This document shows positions 17,638 through 27,080 of a DNA stretch of 64,000 bases, piece by piece. The stretch's first letter is position 1. Each line of letters begins with the position of its first letter. The notes under the pieces are model-generated. The model did not search any database, had not been told where the DNA came from, and was given only the letters and a program-made list of their open reading frames with translations. The position numbers and the translations under genes are program-made. The stretch is from an uncultured Alphaproteobacteria bacterium (GTDB taxonomy: Bacteria; Pseudomonadota; Alphaproteobacteria; RF32; CAG-239), in the NCBI GenBank assembly GCA_944391435.1, contig CALXTP010000020.1, positions 1,683 to 65,682 on the forward strand. The letters are read 5' to 3'.

Positions 17638-18781
17638 AAAAACAAAAATTTATGACAGCTTGGAATATTATAAGATTTTAGATGTATCTCCGTCATCTAC
17701 GGAGGAGGAAATCCGGCAGAAATACCGTGAGTTGGCAAAATACTGGCATCCTGATTATAATAAGGATCCGCAGGCCGTGGATATGTTTCAAAAAATTTCT
17801 GTTGCATATGAAATTTTAAAAGACCCCAAAAATAGATTAAAATATACGCTCTTATCTCTCATATACGGCAGAAATGACTTTCCGGATATGAATTCCCTTT
17901 GTGTTTTAAAAAATATGCACGGCCAGGAAGATATTAACCTACGTGCTATACACTTGGTTGAAATTACCGGAAAAATCTTAGGGCATTCTAAAATTGACAA
18001 AGTCTATTATTGCAACAATCAAGAAGCTCCCGGCGTTGTCAGACGTATTACAAAACATAACTGGACTCGGGGTTTTTGGGGAATAACGGCCTTTTTTGCA
18101 AATATTGGCGCGCTTGTTAAAAACATTTTTTTTATTAACCGCTCCAAGGATAATCTTTTGCTTATGCTTCATAATGCTTTGGCTTATGAAAGTGACGGAA
18201 AGTATGCCGAAGCTCTGACTTTGGCTCTAAAAGCAAAAGAATTTGCCGATAAAAATCAACTTTCTTTTATAAACGATTACATTCAAACACTAAGCTCTTA
18301 CACGCCGTTGAATTTGAAAAAATGGAATTTTTCAAGATTGAAACGCATTCAATTGCTATATCCGGCCATATTGCTTGTTTTTATCGGTTTCATCTGTGGC
18401 CTCATCTATTTGCGGCATATAGAATATACAAACCAAAACCAGGTTAGCGTTAAGGAGGTTGTTGTTTTTCAAAACGGGCAAAAAGTTTTCAGCGATGTTG
18501 CCGTAGCAAGAATTTTTGATATTCCTGTTGATATTTATGACAAAGACAAGTTATACCATGTTATAACCGAAACCCAGGCTATGCACGGAGCTGATAAAAG
18601 CTTTGACGTCTTTTCCGTTGTTGCGCCTGGAACAACCGTTCGTTTGACGGGCTATACCGGTGATAAAAAATGGTATCGTGTTATGTTTGACAGCGGCGAA
18701 ATGGCCTTTATAGAGGCGGATAAACTAAAAAAAGGAATCGGCAACGAGATTCCGCTGTGGAGTAAAATTTATAAAGAATAA
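17630..18781 (+). CDS. Membrane J-domain protein (DnaJ domain, 2 TM, C-terminal SH3b-like domain)
   Basis: J domain YYKILDVSPSSTEEEIRQKYRELAKYWHPDYNKD with HPD at 17747-17755. TM segments GFWGITAFFANIGALV and LLYPAILLVFIGFICGLIYL. SH3-like TVRLTGYTGDKKWYRVMFDSGEMAFIEADKL. The start overlaps the upstream stop by 8 nt (ATGGCTGA). Confidence 0.8.
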   Translation: MAEKTKIYDSLEYYKILDVSPSSTEEEIRQKYRELAKYWHPDYNKDPQAVDMFQKISVAYEILKDPKNRLKYTLLSLIYGRNDFPDMNSLCVLKNMHGQEDINLRAIHLVEITGKILGHSKIDKVYYCNNQEAPGVVRRITKHNWTRGFWGITAFFANIGALVKNIFFINRSKDNLLLMLHNALAYESDGKYAEALTLALKAKEFADKNQLSFINDYIQTLSSYTPLNLKKWNFSRLKRIQLLYPAILLVFIGFICGLIYLRHIEYTNQNQVSVKEVVVFQNGQKVFSDVAVARIFDIPVDIYDKDKLYHVITETQAMHGADKSFDVFSVVAPGTTVRLTGYTGDKKWYRVMFDSGEMAFIEADKLKKGIGNEIPLWSKIYKE

Positions 18782-19918
<1,137 letters not shown>

Positions 19919-19959
19919 CACATTATGGCGAATCGGATTTTTAACTGGAGGGTTTTGAT

Positions 19960-20910
19960 ATGGCAAAGAAAACAAACTGTGGCGAAGACGAGCTGTTATC
20001 TGCCTTTATTAAGGAAAATAAAAAAAACGGCATCCGGGTTTTTGTTGCGGGCGGGTCACGCGGCGGGCATAACCCGGTTTATGTCAGAGAAGCTTATACT
20101 CTCGGAAAAAAAATTGTTGAAATGGGCTTTAAGCTTGATTTCGGCTTATCCAATTCCGGAATCATGGGGGCTGTCGCCCGCGGCGTTATGGATGCATGGA
20201 ATGAAAAACAGCATTGCGCGACTCCGGATTTTCCAATTCAAGGAATTACAACTGCCGAATATTTTAAACTTTACGATTCCGATGATAAGATGTTTCAGCA
20301 TATAAATGTTATTTTTGCCAAAACCCTGGAGGAACGCAAACAACGTTTGTTAAATGCGGATTTTGTCGTTTTTACTCCCGGCGGTGTCGGTACTTTGGAT
20401 GAACTGGCCTATGACTGTGTAGCCATGCAAGACGGATTGTTACAAAAAAAGCCGTTTATCCTTTACAATATCAACGGTTTTTTTCATCACTTATTGGAAT
20501 ATTTAAAATCTATTTCAAATAAAGGGTTTTCAGACCCGGTTCCTTTTGTTGTCGTAGACAATGATTTTGAACTTGAAGTTGCTTTCAGCCTGCTGAAAAA
20601 CAAATATGATAAGTGTTGCGAAGGCAATAAAGTGTATGACAATACGCGCCGATTAGTCTACGAATTGCCCTATTTTATTCAGCAAAAACAACAGACAGGA
20701 AAAGATGTTGCCGATATTATACGTGATGTTTGCGGTATTCGAGGTTTGGGCAATGATGAAGAAAAAGCCGAACTTGATACAAAAATTGAAACGGCTTATT
20801 TGGAAAAAGAAATAGAGAGAATGTATGACAGACTGGCCAAAACCGGCCGTGATACATCTGTCGTAAGTTACAAACTTTCGCGGTTAAAGCGGCGGCAAAA
20901 TAAACTGTAA
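19960..20910 (+). CDS. LOG-family (TIGR00730-like) Rossmann protein with ~110-aa C-terminal extension
   Basis: LOG motifs GLSNSGIMGAVARG and TPGGVGTLDELAY. The charged C-terminal tail ends in KLSRLKRRQNKL. Confidence 0.8.
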   Translation: MAKKTNCGEDELLSAFIKENKKNGIRVFVAGGSRGGHNPVYVREAYTLGKKIVEMGFKLDFGLSNSGIMGAVARGVMDAWNEKQHCATPDFPIQGITTAEYFKLYDSDDKMFQHINVIFAKTLEERKQRLLNADFVVFTPGGVGTLDELAYDCVAMQDGLLQKKPFILYNINGFFHHLLEYLKSISNKGFSDPVPFVVVDNDFELEVAFSLLKNKYDKCCEGNKVYDNTRRLVYELPYFIQQKQQTGKDVADIIRDVCGIRGLGNDEEKAELDTKIETAYLEKEIERMYDRLAKTGRDTSVVSYKLSRLKRRQNKL

Positions 20911-20925
20911 GAAACTCATTGCCTG

Positions 20926-22608
20926 TCAAAACAAGGACGGAACCGGCTCTTTATTGATTAGGACCTGGGCGGCGGCGCGAGCCTCTTTTGTTATTTTTTC
21001 ACCAGAAAGCATACGGGCTATTTCTTCAATTTTTCCTTTTGAATCCAATTTAGTTAAATTGGTTGTTGTTGCATTTCCTGTTGTCTTCTTTTCTACTTTA
21101 AAATGCTCTGTGCTGAAGGCCGCGACTTGCGGAGAGTGCGTTACAACCATTACCTGAAACTTTTGGGCGAGCCGAGCCAGGCGTTCTCCTACAGCCTCTG
21201 CCGTCGCACCGCCTATTCCGGTATCAATTTCATCAAAAATTAGCGTTTCGCGGCTGCTTGTTTGAGCCAGATTTACTTTTAATGCCAACATAAGACGCGA
21301 CAGCTCGCCGCCTGATGCTATTTTATTCAGCGGCCCCATCGGCGTATTTGGATTGGTGGAAACCTCAAAGCAAACCGTGTCCCATCCTTTTTCTGACCAT
21401 TGTTTTTCATCATTAACAGCTATTTTGGTTTTGAAAACAGCTTTTTCCATTTTCAGGGGCGGCAGCTCTTGCATTATGCTCTTATCAAGCTTTTCGGCGG
21501 CTTTCTTCCTTTTCTGACTTAGATTTTCTGCCGCTTTTATATAAGCTTTACGCAGGCCGGCAACTTCTTCTTTCAGTTCTTTTAAGGTATCTTCCCCGCT
21601 TTGCAGGCTTTGCAAAGCATCAGAGAGTTCTTTTTGTTTTTCAGGCAATAAATCTATTTCCGTTTGATGTTTTTTGGCAACATCCCGCAACGCAAACAAA
21701 CGCGTTTCTATCTCATCAATTTCATTTTGGTTAAAGGAGATATTTTCCGAGTTGGCCTCAATACTTTCTACAACCTCATCCAGGCTATACAAAGCAGTTT
21801 CCAAATTCTGCTCAATATCCGCATATTTGTTGTTTACTATCTCATTTACCCGAGAAATCGCATTTTGTGCCTGAGCTATCTGTTCTAAAACGGAATTATC
21901 GCCATTCAGGCAAGAATAGGCGGAATTCAGCATTTCTATTATTTTTTCGGCGTTCATCAATTCGCTGCGACGATTACGCAAAATGAGCTCTTCACCTTTT
22001 TGCGGAGCAAGCTTATTCAGTTCTTGCACCCAATGCCGCAAATTATCTTCTTCTTCTTTTGCTTGTTCTAACTTTTTTTGCTTTTCTTCAAGCAGCTTTG
22101 CGCCTGTTTTATAAGCTGTATATGCCTCTTTGACCTCGGCAATATTCTTGGCATAATCGCCGTATCCGTCTAAAATGCCGCAATGTGTTGCCGGATTTAA
22201 GAGCCCTTGGTTATCATGCTGACCATGGATTTCTATCAAATTCCGGCTTAATTCCCGCAGTAATTTTAACGTAATTATCTGGTCATTGAAAAGTATTTTA
22301 TTGCGCCCGTCTGCGGTAATGATACGTTTGATTATAATATCGCCGTCTATTTCTAAATCATAATTGCCGGCGAGTTCGTAAATTTTATTTTCCGGATCAA
22401 TTTCAAAAATGCCGGTAACAGACAATTTATCGGCGCCCGTTCTAATTAAAGAAGCTTCGGAACGGCTTCCCAGCAAAAGCCCCAGCGAATCAAGCAAAAT
22501 AGACTTTCCGGCACCTGTTTCACCGCTTAAAACAGTCAATCCTCCCGAAAAGTCTATATCCAGGCTGTCAATTAATACGACATTTCTTATAGACAGCGTT
22601 TTTAACAT
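20926..22608 (-). CDS. recN: DNA repair protein RecN
   Basis: N-terminal Walker A LSGETGAGKSILLDSL, long coiled coil, signature ASGGELSRLMLALK, Walker B LIFDEIDTGIGG. Confidence 0.95.
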   Translation of the reverse strand: MLKTLSIRNVVLIDSLDIDFSGGLTVLSGETGAGKSILLDSLGLLLGSRSEASLIRTGADKLSVTGIFEIDPENKIYELAGNYDLEIDGDIIIKRIITADGRNKILFNDQIITLKLLRELSRNLIEIHGQHDNQGLLNPATHCGILDGYGDYAKNIAEVKEAYTAYKTGAKLLEEKQKKLEQAKEEEDNLRHWVQELNKLAPQKGEELILRNRRSELMNAEKIIEMLNSAYSCLNGDNSVLEQIAQAQNAISRVNEIVNNKYADIEQNLETALYSLDEVVESIEANSENISFNQNEIDEIETRLFALRDVAKKHQTEIDLLPEKQKELSDALQSLQSGEDTLKELKEEVAGLRKAYIKAAENLSQKRKKAAEKLDKSIMQELPPLKMEKAVFKTKIAVNDEKQWSEKGWDTVCFEVSTNPNTPMGPLNKIASGGELSRLMLALKVNLAQTSSRETLIFDEIDTGIGGATAEAVGERLARLAQKFQVMVVTHSPQVAAFSTEHFKVEKKTTGNATTTNLTKLDSKGKIEEIARMLSGEKITKEARAAAQVLINKEPVPSLF

Positions 22609-22615
22609 TTATTTT

Positions 22616-23368
22616 TTAATCCTTTTTTATAAGCTTTGCCGCCATTTTTGACCATTTGCCCTCAGGGTAATTGCGGCGCAAAATTTCTTCTTTTTGCCCG
22701 GCTTCATCGTTTAAGCCCAATATTGTGTATATTTCAATTTCCCGATATAAAGCTTCTTCTATTTGATTAGTCGTCTGGTATTTATCCGTAACCGTAGAAA
22801 ACCGGTTGAGAGCCGACACATATTCTTTGTTTTCCAGATAATAGCGCCCGACAGCCATCTCGTGCCCAGCAAGATGATCTTCTATCAAAGCCATTTTTGC
22901 TTTCGCATCCGCTGCATATTCACTATCCGGGAACATGGCTATAATCTGCGAAAAAGTTTCATAGGCATCTTTTGTGGCTGATTGTTCTTTTTGAGACGGC
23001 GCAATCTGATTATAATAGCAAACGCCTTTCAGATAAAATGCATAGGCAATATCTTTATTGCCCGGATGCAGCCGAATAAATCTATCTAACGCGATAATGG
23101 CATCGTCGTATTTTTCATCTTTATAGTAGGAATATGCACTCATCAATTTTGATTTTGTCGCCCATTTTGAATATGGGTGTTCCAATTCTACCTTATCAAA
23201 GGTTTCCGCCGCTTTTTGATATGAAGTTTTTTCAAGATAGTCATATGCCTCATTATACAACATTTCGGCCGTTTTGTCTTCGTCATTGACTTCCGGTGCG
23301 CTACTTGAGGCGCAGGCAGATAAAAACAGTATGAACATTACAGGCAATGCGTATAAAAAATTTTTCAT
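22616..23368 (-). CDS. bamD: Outer membrane protein assembly factor BamD (YfiO-like TPR lipoprotein)
   Basis: Start moved from track 23395 to ATG 23368, which has a GGAGG RBS. Lipobox FLSAC-AS. TPR-like repeats. Position between lpxC and recN. Confidence 0.8.
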   Translation of the reverse strand: MKNFLYALPVMFILFLSACASSSAPEVNDEDKTAEMLYNEAYDYLEKTSYQKAAETFDKVELEHPYSKWATKSKLMSAYSYYKDEKYDDAIIALDRFIRLHPGNKDIAYAFYLKGVCYYNQIAPSQKEQSATKDAYETFSQIIAMFPDSEYAADAKAKMALIEDHLAGHEMAVGRYYLENKEYVSALNRFSTVTDKYQTTNQIEEALYREIEIYTILGLNDEAGQKEEILRRNYPEGKWSKMAAKLIKKD

Positions 23369-23381
23369 AATTCCTCCCTTG

Positions 23382-24233
23382 TCATAAAATTTCATAATTT
23401 TCCCGTGATGAAAATAATTTTTTTAAGATTTCATTATTATGGAAGTGTCCGCTTTTGTTGGCAACTACTTTTGCCAAAAAATAATAGCCAGATGTATATA
23501 AATCACCTATTGTATCCATCACTTTGTGATTTACACATTCGTTTGGTATGCGAAAGCCTTCCGGATTTAATACTTTTTCACCATCCAAAACCAACGCATT
23601 CTCCAAAGAGCCTCCCTTTATCAACCCTATTGAGCGCAGATAATCTACCTGATATTTCTCGCAAAATGTACGACATGGTGCAATTTCTTCAGCAAAGACC
23701 TCTTTTGATATGTCTTTGTCAAAAGTTTGATGTCCGACAATTTTTGAAGGAAACTCTATATCGAAGCAAATATGCAGCGAATCGTTTGGAAGCAATGTTA
23801 CGCTGTTTCCTTTTTCATCCGTATATTTTATTTCTTTTTTTACTTTTAGAAATTTACGCGGCGCGTTTTGCTGCTTAAGCCGGGCTTGCTCCAAAATTTG
23901 CAAAAACACTTTTCCGCTACCGTCGAGAATCGGTACTTCCGGGTTGTTTACGGATATTAAAGCATTATCTATTCCCATTATATACAAAACAGACATGATA
24001 TGTTCTATCGTGCTTACGATATTTTTGGGCGAGGTGCCGATACATGTACAGTTGCGCGTGTCAACAACACTAGAATACAGAGCCGGAATTTCACTATCCG
24101 CTATGTCGCTGCGCAAAAAACGAATACCATGGTTTTCCGGTGCAGGCATAACTACCATTTCGGATGCACACCCTGAGTGCAATCCTACCCCTTTAATTTC
24201 TACGTTGTGCTTTAATGTTTGCTGGTATTGCAT
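23382..24233 (-). CDS. lpxC: UDP-3-O-acyl-N-acetylglucosamine deacetylase
   Basis: N-terminus QQTLKHNVEIKGVGLHSG and HKVMDTIGDLY motif. AGGAG RBS at 24240-24244. Confidence 0.95.
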   Translation of the reverse strand: MQYQQTLKHNVEIKGVGLHSGCASEMVVMPAPENHGIRFLRSDIADSEIPALYSSVVDTRNCTCIGTSPKNIVSTIEHIMSVLYIMGIDNALISVNNPEVPILDGSGKVFLQILEQARLKQQNAPRKFLKVKKEIKYTDEKGNSVTLLPNDSLHICFDIEFPSKIVGHQTFDKDISKEVFAEEIAPCRTFCEKYQVDYLRSIGLIKGGSLENALVLDGEKVLNPEGFRIPNECVNHKVMDTIGDLYTSGYYFLAKVVANKSGHFHNNEILKKLFSSRENYEIL

Positions 24234-24254
24234 ATTCTTCTCCTAAAAAAAATA

Positions 24255-24644
24255 AAAGGTGGTCTATAAGCCGAGTTCTGTCCCTATCATTTGCTTTACA
24301 AACGTAAAGATTCAAGGTGGCAGCTATTCATCTGGATCGTATGTTGCCACACGATTCGAGCGACCTACCTCTGGAGTGGAGTGGAAACGCTCCATAAAAC
24401 AGTAAAAAACTGCTCTCCTAACTTGGTCTTGCGTCAGACAGGGTTTACCTTGCCAAGAGATATTACTATCCCTGCGGTGAGCTCTTACCTCGCCTTTTCA
24501 ACCTTACCAAAGTATCTTTTTGGCGGTAATTTTCTGTGGCACTTTCCCTTAGATTTCTCTAGCCGGACGTTATCCGGTGCCTTGTTTCCATGACGCTCGG
24601 ACTTTCCTCACCGAAAACTTCGGCGCAGCTGCCCGACCACCTTT
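24255..24644 (-). ncRNA. rnpB: RNase P RNA (bacterial type A)
   Basis: The reverse complement contains the universal GAGGAAAGTCCGAGC (plus-strand cggactttcc around 24598-24607) and the 3-prime ACAGAACTCGGCTTATAGACCACC. P1 pairs AAAGGTGGTC (24644-24635) with GACCACCTTT (24264-24255). The region is GC-richer than its flanks. The overlapping 100-aa plus-strand ORF is spurious. Confidence 0.9.
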
Positions 24645-24819
24645 GGCTTATGGTTTAGCATACATTATTATAAAATCAATATTTTTAAGGCTTATATGGC
24701 ACTCTTTAACACTTTTTTAAAAAATTTTTTACTCTTTTTTAATTTTTTACTTGTTTTGTTTAAATTTTGTGTTATTTTGTCCACGCATTTTGAACTACGA
24801 ACTATAAATGGAGCTATCT

Positions 24820-25434
24820 ATGCTACAAAATAAAATTAAAATAACACTTACCATACTGGCTTTTGTCTTTCATATTTCTCCCGCCCGAGCCGAGTGCGAC
24901 GGATTTTATCTGGCAGGACGTATCGGATATGCAGAATATGAAGTAGAAGATGACAGAGGCTCCGTCAGCAACAGCTTATCCAATTATGTTGTTGATAAGA
25001 AAAGATTTATTGCAAGTGGCGCCGTCGGATACAGATATGAACATTTCAGGGCTGAACTTGAATATATCTGGCGGGACAAAAACGACGGTAATCTTGCTGC
25101 ATTTTCTGATGCAAAATTTGAATCGCAATCGTATATGTTTGTCGTTTACTATGACTTCTTCCCTTACTCTTGGTTTACGCCTTTTGTAAACGCAGGTATA
25201 GGCTGGACGGACAGCAAACTTACGATAAATAACAGCACCACTCGTACCAGCAATAAAATTGACAACACTAATTTCACCTGGTCTCTCGGTGCCGGTATTT
25301 CTGCCAAAGTTACGAATCGGTTGAATATTGATGTCGGATATCGTTATTTTGATATGGGCGATTTGGATATGTACAATGGGAAGACCAACGTTACCGACCA
25401 AGAAGTTTATCTTGGCTTAAGATACGTTTTATAG
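24820..25434 (+). CDS. Small outer-membrane beta-barrel protein (OmpA-like/Omp25-type barrel)
   Basis: Start taken at ATG 24820 (GGAG RBS; track 24808). Signal peptide ending ISPARA-EC. Alternating strand pattern with GAVGYRYEHF, DVGYRYFDMG and a terminal YLGLRYVL. Confidence 0.7.
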   Translation: MLQNKIKITLTILAFVFHISPARAECDGFYLAGRIGYAEYEVEDDRGSVSNSLSNYVVDKKRFIASGAVGYRYEHFRAELEYIWRDKNDGNLAAFSDAKFESQSYMFVVYYDFFPYSWFTPFVNAGIGWTDSKLTINNSTTRTSNKIDNTNFTWSLGAGISAKVTNRLNIDVGYRYFDMGDLDMYNGKTNVTDQEVYLGLRYVL

Positions 25435-25456
25435 TTTTGCCTGACAGTACTTGTTC

Positions 25457-25500
25457 CGGAGTCGCAGCCTTTTTACCAGATGGTTGCGACTCCGTTTTTT
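25457..25500 (+). terminator. Rho-independent terminator after the OMP gene
   Basis: 13-bp stem, cggagtcgcagcc (25457-25469) pairing with ggttgcgactccg (25482-25494) with one G-U pair. 12-nt loop, then T6 (25495-25500). Confidence 0.8.
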
Positions 25501-25580
25501 ATTATCAAATAATTTGCTTGCATTCTTCTTTTTATAATTTTAACGTATGAACGGTATTAAAGCTTTTCAGGAGCAGCATC

Positions 25581-26927
25581 ATGTCTAATAAACTGTTTGG
25601 CACAGACGGGGTTCGCGGAATCGCCGGAAAATATCCTTTATCAGCTGATTTTGCATATAATTTGGCTTGTGTCCTAAGCAAAAAAGTTTGTCTTAATAAG
25701 AAGAAAGTCGTTATCGGAAAAGATACGCGAAATTCCGGCGATATGTTAGAATCCGCTCTGAGCACCGGTTTTTTGAACAACGGGGTTGATGTTCTTTCTC
25801 TCGGTGTTGTTCCGACTCCGCTTATTACATCCATGATTGGTTCTTTAGATGCCGATATGGCTTTAATGATTACAGCATCGCATAATCCTTATTATGATAA
25901 TGGAATAAAGCTTATTGACAGAGACGGTTATAAGTTTCCTGATGATTTTTATACCGAAATAGAAGCACTTATTGAGCAAAAACAGGTGTTTTCCGAAACA
26001 ACTTCTTTCGGCAGGCTGTTTCGTAATAAAGAGATTGTTGAAGATTATATCGCAAAAGCTCGCGATATAGCTCCTAATTATAAAGCATTACAGGGATTGC
26101 GCGTTGTTATTGATTGTGCAAACGGTGCTTATTCTTATATTCTTCCACAAACGTTTAAAGATTTGGGCGCCGGTGTTATTACAATAAACAACCAACCAGA
26201 CGGATTTAATATTAACAAAAATTGCGGTTCCCAGCATACGGAACATCTTTCGCAGACAGTTATCGGGGCTCATGCACATTTTGGGATTGCTACAGACGGT
26301 GACGGCGACAGGATTATCCTTGTTGACGATAAAGGGCAAATTGTTGACGGAGATCAGCTTTTGTGTTTCCTGGCACAATATTTAAAAAAACACAATCTCT
26401 TGGAAAGCAATGGTGTTATCAGCACGGAATGGTCTAATCTGGGACTCGGCGCATATTTGCAGCAACATGGATTTAGCCATTATCAAAGCAAAGTCGGAGA
26501 ACGTTACGTTATAGATTTAATGAAGGAAAAATCTGTCTGCCTCGGCGGAGAATCTGTCGGACATATTGTTTTATCCCGTTATGCCAAATCCGGTGATGCA
26601 CTTGTTACTTCTATCATTTTAGCTTTGGCTTATTTAGAAGAACAAAAACAGCTTAGTGAAATTTTCCCTATTTTTCAGCCTTACCCCTGCCTAATTGAAA
26701 ACATCCGCTTTTCTTCCAAAGAGGCCATGTCTGATAGTGTTGAACACGAAGATGTTAAACAAGCTTTAGCTATGGCAAAACAGGATTTGGGCAGCCAAAG
26801 CACTGTTATTGCCAGAAAATCCGGCACCGAACCTGTTATCAAATTGCGCATTGAAGGAAAAGATGCTGATCTGGTTCAAAAAAACATGCAAAAACTCAGG
26901 GATTTGATTTCATCTTACCAAAAATAA
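25581..26927 (+). CDS. glmM: Phosphoglucosamine mutase
   Basis: MSNKLFGTDGVRG, phosphoserine loop TASHNPYYDNGIK, metal site ATDGDGDR. Confidence 0.95.
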   Translation: MSNKLFGTDGVRGIAGKYPLSADFAYNLACVLSKKVCLNKKKVVIGKDTRNSGDMLESALSTGFLNNGVDVLSLGVVPTPLITSMIGSLDADMALMITASHNPYYDNGIKLIDRDGYKFPDDFYTEIEALIEQKQVFSETTSFGRLFRNKEIVEDYIAKARDIAPNYKALQGLRVVIDCANGAYSYILPQTFKDLGAGVITINNQPDGFNINKNCGSQHTEHLSQTVIGAHAHFGIATDGDGDRIILVDDKGQIVDGDQLLCFLAQYLKKHNLLESNGVISTEWSNLGLGAYLQQHGFSHYQSKVGERYVIDLMKEKSVCLGGESVGHIVLSRYAKSGDALVTSIILALAYLEEQKQLSEIFPIFQPYPCLIENIRFSSKEAMSDSVEHEDVKQALAMAKQDLGSQSTVIARKSGTEPVIKLRIEGKDADLVQKNMQKLRDLISSYQK

Positions 26928-26952
26928 GCCCCTGCAAAACATTTTCACTGGA

Positions 26953-26980
26953 CCGGGCTTTGGGCCCGGCTTTATTTTGT
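26953..26980 (+). terminator. Rho-independent terminator after glmM
   Basis: GC stem ccgggc (26953-26958) / gcccgg (26964-26969), 5-nt loop, then the T-rich tail ctttattttgt. Confidence 0.6.
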
Positions 26981-27080
26981 ATTCTTTTTTATAAAAGACA
27001 CGTTTGAATTTGCAACACAACAAAGCGGTAATCCCTGCATAATATGGATATATCTGAGCATGATTATATTGCCGGCAGAA

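Noticed and set aside
24291-24593. 100-aa plus-strand ORF
   Set aside because: It lies entirely inside RNase P RNA on the opposite strand. It is an artefact of the GC-richer structured RNA.
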